Assembly (NCBI GenBank): GCA_030833925.1
Contig: JAURGE010000002.1
Location: 65,214 to 129,213 of the forward strand
Direction: 5' to 3'
Source: Alphaproteobacteria bacterium
GTDB taxonomy: Bacteria; Pseudomonadota; Alphaproteobacteria; Bin95
Length of the DNA stretch: 64,000 nt
Part shown: positions 31,137-41,756 of the stretch, piece by piece
Position numbering within the stretch: the stretch's first letter is position 1
How the letters are laid out: each line of letters starts with the position of its first letter
Program-made: the position numbers and the translations under genes
The notes under the pieces: model-generated
Seen by the model: the letters and a program-made list of their open reading frames with translations, nothing else
What the model was told of the DNA's origin: nothing
The model's database searches: none

Positions 31137-32129
31137 TTAACAACCGTGAAGTTGGACAAAATCTGCAAGGGATTTTTCCGGGCGAGCGCCAAAATGAGAG
31201 ATCACCTCAGCCGCCGCAACTCCTCCAAGCCTTGCACAATCCGCAAGACGGCGCCCTTTCGAAAGACCAAAAAGAAACCCGGCGGCGAAAAGATCACCAG
31301 CACCAGTTGTGTCAATAACATGCTCAACTGGTAGTGCTGGGGAGACAAGTCGTTCAGAGCGGCTGATAATCACTGATCCCTTTTCACTTCGGGTTAAAGC
31401 AGCAATGCCAACGTCCCGGACAACGGCTTTAGTTGCATCCTCAAAATCATCAACTTCATACAAAGAGGTGATCTCATCCTCATTAGCAAACAGAATATCG
31501 ACATCATTCCTTAAAAGGTCACGAAACTCTGCACGGTGCCTACTGATGCAAAAACTATCAGACGCGGAAAATGCCACACGACCGCCCACTTCTTTTATTG
31601 CATGAATAGCCTTCAAAACTGCCTTCTTTGCCCCATCAGCGTCCCACAGGTATCCTTCAATATAAAGAATGCCAGCTTGCTTTAGAGCTGAGGTTGAAAC
31701 ATCGTCAGGGCCTATTTCTGTCGAGGCACCCAGAAAGGTCATCATCGTTCGTTGCGCATCGGGTGTTACAAAAACGAAACAGCGGGCGGTGGCCTTTCCC
31801 TCTTTTGCGGGAGAGGTTTCGTAATGAACTCCTATTGCTCGAATACTTTCAGCAAAATTGTGTCCCAGTTTGTCGTCACGTACACGCCCGATAAAAGATG
31901 CCTTGCCACCAAGAGACGCTATCCCAGCAGCGGTGTTGGCTGCTGAACCACCAGAAATTTCATTTGTCTTTTCTAAACTTTTGTAAATGGCTTCAGCTTG
32001 TTCCATATCAATCAAGGTCATACCGCCCTTGGGTATCCCTTGAGCTGCCAGGTATGCATCATCAACCGCAACGACAACATCTACTATCGCATTACCAATA
32101 GCGATAACGTCGAGGGCCTTATGATCCAT
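31137..32129 (-). CDS. PfkB-family kinase, adenosine kinase-like.
   Basis: 330 aa with a GG dipeptide substrate motif (EISGGSAANTA) and a C-terminal TGAGD anion-hole motif, similar overall to bacterial adenosine kinases. Confidence 0.72.
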   Translation of the reverse strand: MDHKALDVIAIGNAIVDVVVAVDDAYLAAQGIPKGGMTLIDMEQAEAIYKSLEKTNEISGGSAANTAAGIASLGGKASFIGRVRDDKLGHNFAESIRAIGVHYETSPAKEGKATARCFVFVTPDAQRTMMTFLGASTEIGPDDVSTSALKQAGILYIEGYLWDADGAKKAVLKAIHAIKEVGGRVAFSASDSFCISRHRAEFRDLLRNDVDILFANEDEITSLYEVDDFEDATKAVVRDVGIAALTRSEKGSVIISRSERLVSPALPVEHVIDTTGAGDLFAAGFLFGLSKGRRLADCARLGGVAAAEVISHFGARPEKSLADFVQLHGC

Positions 32130-32262
32130 GGGGGCAAATCCTTTCAGGTTTTAAATTCTGTCTATAAAGAAGGATAACAGGTTCCGACCCAAGCGAGAAC
32201 GCAGAGCTCAAACTCTTACACCTCTTCTTCCCTGACAAATGCAAATTTAGAGTTTCCAGATC

Positions 32263-32985
32263 ATGTTAAATGACCTAGCAAGAGCAATAAGCCAGATAGG
32301 CGATAGACGGGTCCTCCGGCCACTAGTGCTTAGTGTTGTAGCTGCAACGATAATGCTGGGGTCATTAATCTATTTTGGCTTCTATTTAGTCGATAGCTTG
32401 GGATTGAACAATTGGAACTTCAGCTCGTCCTATTTAAAGTTTCTCAATGGTGCATTAGGATTTTTGATCGACAGTTTTACAGTTCTAATTGGAATATCTC
32501 TGTTTCCTGCTATCGCTGTTTCTTTGCAGGCATTCTTCTTAGACGATGTCGTCGACGCGGTAGAAACAAAGTATTATTCGCACCTGCAACCATGTCGGCT
32601 ACAACGCCTTAAAGAAATAATAACAGCAAGTTTTCGGTTCGCGACGGTAGCATTAGCTTTGAACCTGTTGTTGCTGGGTTTTTGGTTATTATTCCTGCTA
32701 ATAGCTCCAGTTCTTGCACCCATACCGTTTTTTCTGGTCAACGGTTACTTATTGGGCAGAGAGTATTTTGAATTGATAGCTTTAAGACGGGTTTTGCCAT
32801 CAGAACTTAAAGCAATTCGAAGACAACATTCGAGTCAGAATTTACGGGACGGGATACTACTGACTTTCTTGTTTTCAGTGCCACTTGTAAATCTGGTGGC
32901 CCCAATTCTGGCCACCAGTTACATGACACACCGATTTCATCGTGTCTGGAAGACAGACTTGGCGTCAAACCAAACGAATTTTTAG
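32263..32985 (+). CDS. EI24/CysZ-like integral membrane protein.
   Basis: 240 aa with about 4-6 TM helices in a pattern resembling the CysZ/EI24 family. Confidence 0.45.
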   Translation: MLNDLARAISQIGDRRVLRPLVLSVVAATIMLGSLIYFGFYLVDSLGLNNWNFSSSYLKFLNGALGFLIDSFTVLIGISLFPAIAVSLQAFFLDDVVDAVETKYYSHLQPCRLQRLKEIITASFRFATVALALNLLLLGFWLLFLLIAPVLAPIPFFLVNGYLLGREYFELIALRRVLPSELKAIRRQHSSQNLRDGILLTFLFSVPLVNLVAPILATSYMTHRFHRVWKTDLASNQTNF

Positions 32986-33007
32986 GAAAAGGAAAGTTAA
33001 GCCAAAG

Positions 33008-33544
33008 TTAGCGAGGCGAAACCACCATAACCATCTGGCGGCCTTCCATTTTTGGCATCTGCTCAACCTTAGCAGCCTCATCCAGCTCGTCTCTGACCTT
33101 ATCTAAAACTCTTGCACCTATATCTTGATGAGCTAATTCACGCCCGCGGAACCGCATGGTGACTTTAACCTTGTCCCCATTTTCCAGAAACTTCCGGGCT
33201 GCCTTCATCTTAATTAAGTAATCGTGATCTTCTATGCCAGGTCGAAGTTTAATTTCCTTAACTTCGATTACCTTTTGCTTTTTCCGGGCCTCATTTTTCT
33301 TTTTCTGAGCCTCGTATTTAAAGCGACCATAATCCAAAAGCTTGCACACAGGAGGATCTGCGTTCGGCGATACCTCTACAAGGTCTAAACCTGCTTCGTC
33401 GGCTGCTTCCAGAGCTGCGTGAATACTTACCACGCCGACCATTTCACCATCAGCACCAACGAGCCTGACTTGGCGGACGTCGATCATGTCATTGATACGG
33501 GGGCCGTCTTTGGGGGGCGGCGCTTGCATATGGGGACGCGCTAT
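33008..33544 (-). CDS. infC: Translation initiation factor IF-3, probably starting at a non-canonical AUA.
   Basis: IF3 N- and C-domains are present ([14 protein letters not shown]...[11 protein letters not shown]...). An in-frame ATA lies 5 codons upstream of the first ATG and 8 nt after a strong AAGGAG, as expected for infC autoregulation. The first ATG is at 33529. Confidence 0.85.
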   Translation of the reverse strand: MARPHMQAPPPKDGPRINDMIDVRQVRLVGADGEMVGVVSIHAALEAADEAGLDLVEVSPNADPPVCKLLDYGRFKYEAQKKKNEARKKQKVIEVKEIKLRPGIEDHDYLIKMKAARKFLENGDKVKVTMRFRGRELAHQDIGARVLDKVRDELDEAAKVEQMPKMEGRQMVMVVSPR

Positions 33545-33646
33545 GGAACAAACTCCTTATAAAATTTTTCTCTAAAATACCAGAACTCTGCCGTTCTGAT
33601 AGCTTTCGAGAGCATTCACGTCAACAGAGTTACTCTAAACAAATTG

Positions 33647-35593
33647 CTATAGGCCTATCGGCATCTTTGCTTCAATCTGAAGCCTACTAATAGCTTCTGA
33701 AAGTGCAAGAGTTTCTTGCTCTTTGACGCCTAGCTTCCTAACTGCCACTGTACCTTCAATGGCTTCCCTGCGGCCAACAACTAGCATAATCGGTGTCTTG
33801 GCAAGGCTATGCTCTCGTACCTTATAATTAATTTTCTCATTACGAAGGTCAATTTCCGCTCGTATTCCTGCAGCCTTAAGTTGATTAAAGACCTCGCGTG
33901 CGTACTGATCAGCATCAGATACGATCGTTGCGACAGTGACTTGGACTGGCGCCAACCATATAGGTAATCGTCCTGCATAATTTTCAATTAGGATCCCAAT
34001 GAAACGTTCAAAAGATCCGAGTATGGCTCGATGGAGCATTACTGGGGTGTGTCGCTGGCTGTCCTCTCCGACATAAGTTGCACCTAATCGTTCTGGAAGC
34101 ACAAAATCCACTTGGAAAGTGCCACATTGCCAATCGCGACCAATAGCATCACGAAGTACAAACTCTAACTTTGGTCCATAAAATGCACCCTCGCCCGGGT
34201 TCAACTCAAATTCTAGACCGGAGGCATTAACAGCATCCATCAAAGCCGTCTCTGCCTTATCCCAAACCGAGTCCTCTCCAGCACGAACATCTGGTCTATC
34301 AGAAAATTTTACCCGCACTTCTGTAAAGCCAAAATCTTCATATATTGATAAAAGAAGATCACAAAACTCTTTGCATTCACTTGTAATTTGATTTTCTGTT
34401 GCAAAGATATGCGCATCATCTTGGGTAAAAGCCCTTACCCGCATAATCCCATGCAGGGACCCTGAAGGCTCGTTGCGATGGCAGGAACCAAACTCAGCCA
34501 TTCGCATCGGTAATTCGCGATAAGATTTTAGACCCTGCCGGAAAATCTGGACATGGCATGGGCAATTCATTGGCTTCAACGCGAGTATACGTTCATCTTC
34601 CGTCTCAGCTGTGAACATGTTTTCGCGGAATTTGTCCCAATGGCCTGAAGCTTCCCAAAGAGCGCGATCAACAAGCTGCGGGGTCTTCACTTCAAAATAG
34701 CCCGCACCTTCCAAACGATGGCGCATATAAGCCTCTATTTGTCGGTAAAGCGTCCAACCTTTGGCATGCCAGAAAATAGATCCCGCTGCTTCCTCCTGAA
34801 GATGAAAAAGATCCATTTCTCGCCCAAGCCGACGATGGTCCCGCTTTTCTGCCTCCTCCAACATTGTCAGATGCGCAGCTAACTCTTTTTCAGACCGCCA
34901 CACAGTGCCGTAGATCCGCTGCAACATCGCGTTTCTATGGTCACCTCTCCAGTAGGCACCTGCAACGCTCATGAGCTTGAAGGCCGCACCCACCCAGCCC
35001 GTTGATGGCATGTGAGGACCTCTACAAAGGTCCAGCCACTCTCCCTGCCGATATATAGAAATTGTCTCGCTCTCAGGCAGGTCCTGGATGAGTTCTGCCT
35101 TATAAACTTCACCCTTACTCTCAAAAAATTTAATTGCTTCCTGCCGGTCCCACTCTTCCCGAATGAACGCTTCATTTCGGTCGATAATCTCTTTCATCCT
35201 TTTTTGAATTATTTCGAGATCGTAAGGGGTGAACGGTTGTTCTCGGGCGAAGTCGTAGTAGAAACCATTTTCAATTGCAGGACCTATAGTGACTTGGGTC
35301 CCTGGGAAAAGTTCTTGCACAGCTTCAGCAAGCACGTGCGCACAATCATGACGCAGGAGCTCTAAAGCTTCAGGCGAATCGATCGTGATAATCTCAACTG
35401 CTGCCCCGTCCGTTAACTCAAGGGCAAGATCGACAAGCTTGCCGTTTTGTTTAATTGCAATGGCCTTTTTAGCCAGACTCTTTGAAATGTTTGTGGCGAG
35501 AGCAGTCCCAGTGGAGCCTGACACCAACTGACGCTTAGCGCCATCAGGGAGGATCACCTCAATCATTGCTTCGGACTCAGCATTGCTCGGCAT
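33647..35593 (-). CDS. thrS: Threonyl-tRNA synthetase.
   Basis: 648 aa with a TGS domain, an editing domain, class II catalytic motifs and an anticodon-binding domain. It sits upstream of infC as in the canonical thrS-infC arrangement. Confidence 0.95.
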   Translation of the reverse strand: MPSNAESEAMIEVILPDGAKRQLVSGSTGTALATNISKSLAKKAIAIKQNGKLVDLALELTDGAAVEIITIDSPEALELLRHDCAHVLAEAVQELFPGTQVTIGPAIENGFYYDFAREQPFTPYDLEIIQKRMKEIIDRNEAFIREEWDRQEAIKFFESKGEVYKAELIQDLPESETISIYRQGEWLDLCRGPHMPSTGWVGAAFKLMSVAGAYWRGDHRNAMLQRIYGTVWRSEKELAAHLTMLEEAEKRDHRRLGREMDLFHLQEEAAGSIFWHAKGWTLYRQIEAYMRHRLEGAGYFEVKTPQLVDRALWEASGHWDKFRENMFTAETEDERILALKPMNCPCHVQIFRQGLKSYRELPMRMAEFGSCHRNEPSGSLHGIMRVRAFTQDDAHIFATENQITSECKEFCDLLLSIYEDFGFTEVRVKFSDRPDVRAGEDSVWDKAETALMDAVNASGLEFELNPGEGAFYGPKLEFVLRDAIGRDWQCGTFQVDFVLPERLGATYVGEDSQRHTPVMLHRAILGSFERFIGILIENYAGRLPIWLAPVQVTVATIVSDADQYAREVFNQLKAAGIRAEIDLRNEKINYKVREHSLAKTPIMLVVGRREAIEGTVAVRKLGVKEQETLALSEAISRLQIEAKMPIGL

Positions 35594-35680
35594 GTCGATC
35601 TCATTTTATTTTGCAACCAATAAGCGGCCGCAAACTAGCGTGCGATCTTAAGCTGTCAACGCGTAACCACTCATCTTTAA

Positions 35681-36967
35681 TCATAGATTGTTCTCTGAAG
35701 AGGTAAGAAGCGCTGCGTATAGACGGGAAAGAGCTAGCGCACTTTTGCGGGCAGAGAAAAGTTTTTCTGCTCTCAATCTCGCATTCCTTGCCATGGTATT
35801 TCTGTCGGCAGCAGAGAGAGTAAGAATATCAGTACAAGCAGCTGCTATTGAGTCTGGCCTAACTGGAGAGCAAAGACGCCCCGTCACATTATCCTCAACT
35901 GTTTCCGCGGTAGCACCATGGTATGAGCCTACAACAGGCTTTCCAAGAGCAGCCGCCATAGCAGCAAATGTGTCCTGCCCCAAAGGTTGATTTGGAACAG
36001 AAGCCACTAGATCCGCCATTAACATCGCGGCTGGCAGATCTTCCAATTGATCAGCAATAAAAACCCGATTTTTAAGACCAAAATTACTAACAAGACGGCT
36101 TAATTCTCTGGCATATGGGTCACTTCTACCAATAGAGCCGGCAAGAATGAGTGTAACATCAGAACATCTGGGCTCATTTTGAGTGATTATTGCGAGCGCT
36201 CGCACAAGCTCAGTTTGCCCGCGCAGGGAACCAATGTCGCCAGGGGCTAGGATAATAGGGGATGGTTCCTCTAAATTGCCCCAAATTCGCGCTATGTGAG
36301 CGAGACGCTCTGCAGAAACAGATTCTGCACAATAATGTGTCAGATCTGCACCATCTGGGATGACAGCAACGCGCTGACCTTTTTCTATATCAGCATTCTT
36401 AATTAGGTTTTTTACGTGGTTCGAGCCTGCCACGATGCAGTCCCCGTCTGCTAGTGACCCGGCGTCTCTAATTACATTGGAGAAGACATTATCATCACCG
36501 CATGATGTAACGACCATGCACCGACTGTCTTGAGCAGCTTGCAGAGCCGCCCATGCAATTTCACGTGATCGGACGTGTAATATATCTGCTTTTGTTTCCT
36601 CGATTAATTTTTTCAACCGGGAGATGTTACTGCTGACCGCTAAAGGTCCACTTCGCTCGAGGGAAACCGTCAAATGCTGAGCCCCAAACCTCTTTAGTCT
36701 TTCAGCTGGCCCAGACCCAGATGCAACTATAGAGCGACCTCCTGCTACAGCCGCCACCTCAGCAGCCCATAATGCCGTTGCCTCTGCACCGCCAGCATCT
36801 ATCAACGGCATCGCCTGAACGATGACAGGAGCTCGTTTAAGCGCAAAGAACGAATTTCGTATTTCTGACCGTTCCGCTTGGTTCAGTCCAAGAGTGCCGC
36901 TAGAGTATGCGAAGCGGATCGGCATGGTGCCTTGATGCATCATTTCCACTTCCTCTTTGGAGCCCAA
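35681..36967 (-). CDS. Glycosyltransferase of GT-B fold, family 4-like.
   Basis: The C-terminal GT-B domain carries glutamate-containing donor-binding motifs (EPRCSDVTLILAGS...EDNVTG). The true start is possibly at downstream Met codons (36943 or 36925), because the divergent hydrolase start lies only 3 nt away. Confidence 0.7.
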   Translation of the reverse strand: MGSKEEVEMMHQGTMPIRFAYSSGTLGLNQAERSEIRNSFFALKRAPVIVQAMPLIDAGGAEATALWAAEVAAVAGGRSIVASGSGPAERLKRFGAQHLTVSLERSGPLAVSSNISRLKKLIEETKADILHVRSREIAWAALQAAQDSRCMVVTSCGDDNVFSNVIRDAGSLADGDCIVAGSNHVKNLIKNADIEKGQRVAVIPDGADLTHYCAESVSAERLAHIARIWGNLEEPSPIILAPGDIGSLRGQTELVRALAIITQNEPRCSDVTLILAGSIGRSDPYARELSRLVSNFGLKNRVFIADQLEDLPAAMLMADLVASVPNQPLGQDTFAAMAAALGKPVVGSYHGATAETVEDNVTGRLCSPVRPDSIAAACTDILTLSAADRNTMARNARLRAEKLFSARKSALALSRLYAALLTSSENNL

Positions 36968-36970
36968 ATA

Positions 36971-37753
36971 ATGACCATGACCGGGCTGACATCAGTAGAG
37001 CATATAAATCGACCCGATGGTGGGTATATTGCCTACCGGAAAAGTCACGGCAAGCGGAATGATCTTCCTGGCGTTGTCTTCATACATGGCCTCCGTTCAG
37101 ACATGGACGGCGGCAAGGCCGAACGTCTTAACGAATTCTGCGCCGAACGAGGTCAGGCTTATGTCCGCTTTGATTGCCGCGGACATGGAAAATCTTCAAA
37201 CAAATTCGAGGATACGATTTTGAGCGACTGGGCCTCGGATGCCCAACTCGTAATAGAGAGATTAACCGAAGGTCCCCAAATAATTGTTGGGTCCAGCATG
37301 GGTGGTTGGCTAATGCTGCTCACTGCCCTTGCATTACCAAACCGCGTCTCTGGCCTAGTAGGCATTGCGGCTGCACCTGATTTCACCCGTGGATTCTATG
37401 ACGGTCTCTCAGCCGATGACAAAGCGCTCCTCAATCGTGATGGTCGAATTTATCGGCCAAGTCAGTATGATCCTGAACCCTACGTGTTTACAAAAGCTCT
37501 CTTAGATGATGGAAATCGCAGAACAGTTCTCGATAAGAAAATGACCTTTAAGGGCCGGCTACGTCTCCTCCATGGCATGCTAGACGAAGCGGTCCCCTGG
37601 GAACTGTCTCTTAAAATTTTAGCTCAGATCGAAACAAACGAGGCGCGTGTTCAACTAATAAAAGATGGTGACCATCGCCTTTCCAGAGAAAGTGACCTGC
37701 GCCAAATATGTCAGGCTGTCGCCGACCTGTCCGAACCTAATCCAGACCTTTAG
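36971..37753 (+). CDS. Alpha/beta hydrolase.
   Basis: Contains VVFIHGLRSD and a GSSMGGWL nucleophile elbow. The start is assigned to an internal Met of track ORF 36878..37753. Confidence 0.75.
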   Translation: MTMTGLTSVEHINRPDGGYIAYRKSHGKRNDLPGVVFIHGLRSDMDGGKAERLNEFCAERGQAYVRFDCRGHGKSSNKFEDTILSDWASDAQLVIERLTEGPQIIVGSSMGGWLMLLTALALPNRVSGLVGIAAAPDFTRGFYDGLSADDKALLNRDGRIYRPSQYDPEPYVFTKALLDDGNRRTVLDKKMTFKGRLRLLHGMLDEAVPWELSLKILAQIETNEARVQLIKDGDHRLSRESDLRQICQAVADLSEPNPDL

Positions 37754-38034
37754 TGGGGTGGTTATTCATCGAAGACACTGACATGTAACCTTGATTTGCC
37801 GTCAAATCACTTTCGTTAAATCCAGTTTGCCCTCAGATATGAAAAATATCACAGTGAGCGCAGACGTGAGACTTAATTTGGCGACAACACCGCTGTATTC
37901 ATTGTATTGACTTATCTTTAAGAAAACTGCCATCGGTCTTTGATTAAAAAAAACTTTAGTTGCTGACAGCCTCCTTGAAGGCAAATGACACCACAAAAGC
38001 CGAGTTATCAGACCTCAAACCGAGACTTTGCCAA

Positions 38035-39720
38035 ATGACAACCCTTGACCCTGTTACCCTGGCAGTTCTGAACGGCCGGTTAGAGCAAATAGTCGATGAA
38101 ATGGATGCAACGCTTTTCCGAAGCGCATTCAATCCAATTATTGCCGAAGCGCATGATGCATCTCATGGAATCTACCACCGCAGTACCGGCGAAACCCTAG
38201 CCCAAGGCAAGTCTGGTTTGCCTATATTCGTAGGCGCTATGGCCTTCGCAGTAAAAACCGTTATCGAAAAGGCAGCTAGCGATAATGATCTGGCGGATGG
38301 CGATGTATATATTTTCAACGATCCGTGGGATGGAGGCACTCACCTTTCCGACTTTCGTTTGGTGCAGCCAATTTACCGCAACAATAAGGTCTTCTGCTGG
38401 ATTGCATCAGTAGGACACTGGCACGACGTGGGTGGAGCAGTTCCAGGAAATTATAACCCAGCGGCGACAGAAGCGTTTCAAGAAGGGTTCGTTTGCCCAC
38501 CAGTTAAACTCTTCCGCAAAGGGGAATACCAACGAGATATTCAAGCAATGCTTGAAGCTAATTCCCGTCTACCATTGAGCCTCTATGGTGACCTCAACGC
38601 CCAAATTAATGCTCTAAATCTCGGGGCCCAGCGCCTTCACGCAATCCTCGACGAATATGGCGACGATATTATTGACGGTGCAATGATGGCCCTGAAAGAC
38701 AGAGCAGAGATGCTGATGCGGCGTGAAATTGCACGACTTCCAGATGGTGTCTTTGCTGCTATCGACTACATGGACAATGACGGCGTGGTCGATGAAGCAT
38801 TGAAATTGTGTTTAAAAATCACCGTAAACGGCGACACCATGAAACTCGACTTCAGCGGTTCAGCTAGTTCCTGCCTCGGCCCCATCAATATCTCAAAAGC
38901 AACAACTCATGCTGCCTGCTATGTTGCTATGAAGCACGTCTTTGATGAAATTCCGGCTAATGCAGGCGCCATGGTTCCTATAGAAGTAATTATTCCAGAA
39001 GGCTCTGTCCTTGCCGCCACTTCGCCAAAACCTGTGGGCGGTTACACCGAAACCATTCTGCGCTTAATTGATCTCGTGTTCCAAGCCATCGCCGAAGCCG
39101 CACCTCAACGAACCAATGGCTGCGCCTACGGCACGATTAATGCTCTTTCTATTGCGGGGCGGAGAACCAAGACTGGCGCGCCCTGGGTCATGTTTTCATT
39201 CTTTGGAGGCGGCCACGGAGGTTCATTTGATGAAGATGGGCTCCAACACGGCAACGCACCAATCTCCACAGCAACTATCCCCCCGCTAGAAATTCTCGAA
39301 GCAGCTTACCCAATTGTGTTCCGACAATGGGCACTGCGGCCTGATTCTGGCGGCCCAGGCAAACATCGAGGTGGGCTTGGAGCGATCTATGAAATTGAGC
39401 TCTTGGAAGAAAGCGCCCACGCATTCCTTTTTGGAGAGCGTGCAAGAACATCTCCACCAGGTGTTCTTGGTGGCAAAGCTGCAGCTCCGAACCGCTTTTT
39501 TTATGATGTAGAAGGTGCTGAAGACCGAAACATTCCTCCCATGGCTTCAAAAATCGTTGGCATTCCGCTGAAAAGAGGAATGCGGCTCCGGCTCGAGACA
39601 CCAGGCGGCGGAGGCTATGGGGATCCCAAACAACGGTCCCGCCAAGCAATCTCTGCTGACTTAAATGCCGGCTACATCTCTTTTGATGCCGCTATACAAG
39701 ACTATGGAGACTTTTCATGA
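38035..39720 (+). CDS. Hydantoinase B / 5-oxoprolinase subunit (HyuB family), copy 1.
   Basis: Hydantoinase_B family over the full length (DPVTLAVLNGRLEQIVDEM...). The start is at an internal Met of track ORF 37960..39720. Confidence 0.85.
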   Translation: MTTLDPVTLAVLNGRLEQIVDEMDATLFRSAFNPIIAEAHDASHGIYHRSTGETLAQGKSGLPIFVGAMAFAVKTVIEKAASDNDLADGDVYIFNDPWDGGTHLSDFRLVQPIYRNNKVFCWIASVGHWHDVGGAVPGNYNPAATEAFQEGFVCPPVKLFRKGEYQRDIQAMLEANSRLPLSLYGDLNAQINALNLGAQRLHAILDEYGDDIIDGAMMALKDRAEMLMRREIARLPDGVFAAIDYMDNDGVVDEALKLCLKITVNGDTMKLDFSGSASSCLGPINISKATTHAACYVAMKHVFDEIPANAGAMVPIEVIIPEGSVLAATSPKPVGGYTETILRLIDLVFQAIAEAAPQRTNGCAYGTINALSIAGRRTKTGAPWVMFSFFGGGHGGSFDEDGLQHGNAPISTATIPPLEILEAAYPIVFRQWALRPDSGGPGKHRGGLGAIYEIELLEESAHAFLFGERARTSPPGVLGGKAAAPNRFFYDVEGAEDRNIPPMASKIVGIPLKRGMRLRLETPGGGGYGDPKQRSRQAISADLNAGYISFDAAIQDYGDFS

Positions 39721-41756
39721 GTAGTTGGATTGTCGGCGTAGACGTTGGCGGTACATTTACAGACATCTTTGCCATCAATCCTAAAACCGGCGAAGTAAAA
39801 ACAGCAAAGACACCTTCAACACCATCTGATCAATCTATCGGATTCCTTAACGGATTAACCTCCGTGGCGAACCTTGAGTCTATTGATGCGGTCGTCCACG
39901 GCACCACTGTTGGCACCAATGCGCTACTGGAACGAAAAGGAGCGCGCACTGGATTAATTGCGACTGAAGGATTTCGTGATGTTCTCGAAATGCGAAGACG
40001 CGATCGGCCTCGTACGTGGGGTCTAAGAGGTACTTTTCGACCTGTCGCCCAGCGCCAAGATCGCAAGGAAGTTCCCGAACGCGTTTTATCAGACGGTACA
40101 ATTGAGCATCCTGTAGATATTGAGGCAGTAGAAACAGCTGCTCGAGATCTTGCATCCGCCGGTTGCGAGGCAATCGCTATCGCGTTCGTTAACGCCTATG
40201 CAAACGTTAAAAATGAGCAAGCCGCCCGCGAAGCTGTGATGCGTGTTTGGCCAAATGCTCACATTACTGCTGCAACGGATATACTTCCTGAGATCCGTGA
40301 ATTTGAGAGAACATCAACTGCCGTATTAAATGCATATCTTCAGCCGGCTATGGGTCGGTACCTAGGCCGCCTCCAAGGCACACTCGGTCCAGATGGAGCA
40401 ACACTTCTTATTGTTCAGTCAAACGGTGGCCTAATGACTGCAGATGAAGCAAGCCGCTCTCCTGTCCGCACCGCCCTATCCGGTCCCGCTGCTGGGGTCG
40501 TTGCGGCACGAGCTGTTGGACTGTCAGCGGGGTATCCAAATGTCATAGGTTGTGACATGGGCGGTACGAGTTTTGATGTCTCCCTTATCGCTGATGGCCG
40601 GACCGCTCTCGCGGCTGAAACCTCTATCGATTTTGGCATGGTCATAAGGGCGCCAATGGTTGAGATAACTACTATTGGAGCCGGTGGAGGCTCTATCGCT
40701 TGGATTGATGCAGGAGGCATGCTGAGGATAGGTCCTGAGAGCGCTGGTGCTGATCCTGGTCCCGCCTGTTATGGGAAAGGCGGTAATCGGCCGACTGTAA
40801 CCGATGCAAATGTTTTGCTTGGTCGCATAAACCCCGATAACCCTATAGGCGGTGAGCTCGGGTGTTTGGATATTACGTCGGCAGAGAAAGCAATAAGAAC
40901 AGCCATAGCCGAGCCTTTAGGCCTCTCAGAAGTAGATGCTGCTGAGGCTATAATCAAAGTAGCAAACGCGGCTATGGCAGGAGCCATACGAATTGTTTCT
41001 ATAGAGCGCGGGCATGATCCCAGCAAATTTGTTGCGATGCCCTTTGGCGGTGGTGGAGCCCTTCACGCTGGCGCACTAATACGCGAGGTTGGCTTGGCGG
41101 GAGCTCTTTCACCTCGTTACCCAGGCGTTTTATCTGCTTTAGGTGCAAATATTGCCGACATGCGTCTAGACCGAGTCCAAACGATTAACGCACCACTTAA
41201 CGAACTAAGAGAGGGGCTGTTATCGGAACTCGCTTCCAGATTTTGGGAAGAAGGCAGCGCTAAACTCGCAAACTCAAGGGTACCTATAGAGGAAACTTGT
41301 GTCGAAATTGAACTAGACATGCACTACCAAGGACAGACCCACTCAATACCCGTGCGGCTTCCAGGTGATCAACTTTCATCAATTAACTTCAATGCAGATG
41401 CAGTTCAAATTGCCTTTGAAGCTGCTTACCGAACCGCATTCAGCCGACTTTTAGCCGGCCCCCCAATTCGAGTAATGAATTTAAGGGTAGCAGTAATTGG
41501 ACGCCGCCCCCCATTTGAATTGGAGCGCCTATCTCCAATCGGTGGAAGCTTAGAACTTGCCCAACGCGGAACGCGTCGCGTCTATGCGGATGGTGGTTGG
41601 CACGAAGCCTCTATATTTTCCCGACTTGAACTACCAGTCGGCGCCCGCATTGCTGGACCAGCTATACTTGAACAGCCAGATGCAACAATTTTTGTTGATC
41701 CAGGATTGAGCGCTGAAGTAGATCGGTTGGGAAACATATTCATGCATCCTGCCTGA
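39717..41756 (+). CDS. Hydantoinase A / 5-oxoprolinase subunit (HyuA family), copy 1.
   Basis: 679 aa with the N-terminal motif WIVGVDVGGTFTDI and an ASKHA-fold ATPase. Its ATGA start overlaps the HyuB stop. Confidence 0.85.
   Translation: MSSWIVGVDVGGTFTDIFAINPKTGEVKTAKTPSTPSDQSIGFLNGLTSVANLESIDAVVHGTTVGTNALLERKGARTGLIATEGFRDVLEMRRRDRPRTWGLRGTFRPVAQRQDRKEVPERVLSDGTIEHPVDIEAVETAARDLASAGCEAIAIAFVNAYANVKNEQAAREAVMRVWPNAHITAATDILPEIREFERTSTAVLNAYLQPAMGRYLGRLQGTLGPDGATLLIVQSNGGLMTADEASRSPVRTALSGPAAGVVAARAVGLSAGYPNVIGCDMGGTSFDVSLIADGRTALAAETSIDFGMVIRAPMVEITTIGAGGGSIAWIDAGGMLRIGPESAGADPGPACYGKGGNRPTVTDANVLLGRINPDNPIGGELGCLDITSAEKAIRTAIAEPLGLSEVDAAEAIIKVANAAMAGAIRIVSIERGHDPSKFVAMPFGGGGALHAGALIREVGLAGALSPRYPGVLSALGANIADMRLDRVQTINAPLNELREGLLSELASRFWEEGSAKLANSRVPIEETCVEIELDMHYQGQTHSIPVRLPGDQLSSINFNADAVQIAFEAAYRTAFSRLLAGPPIRVMNLRVAVIGRRPPFELERLSPIGGSLELAQRGTRRVYADGGWHEASIFSRLELPVGARIAGPAILEQPDATIFVDPGLSAEVDRLGNIFMHPA

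Noticed and set aside
37839-37910. 23-codon mini-ORF (MKNITVSADVRLNLATTPLYSLY) in the 280-nt leader of the first hyuB, a possible leader peptide.
   Set aside because: It has no Shine-Dalgarno and no obvious attenuator hairpin downstream. It is most likely a chance ORF.
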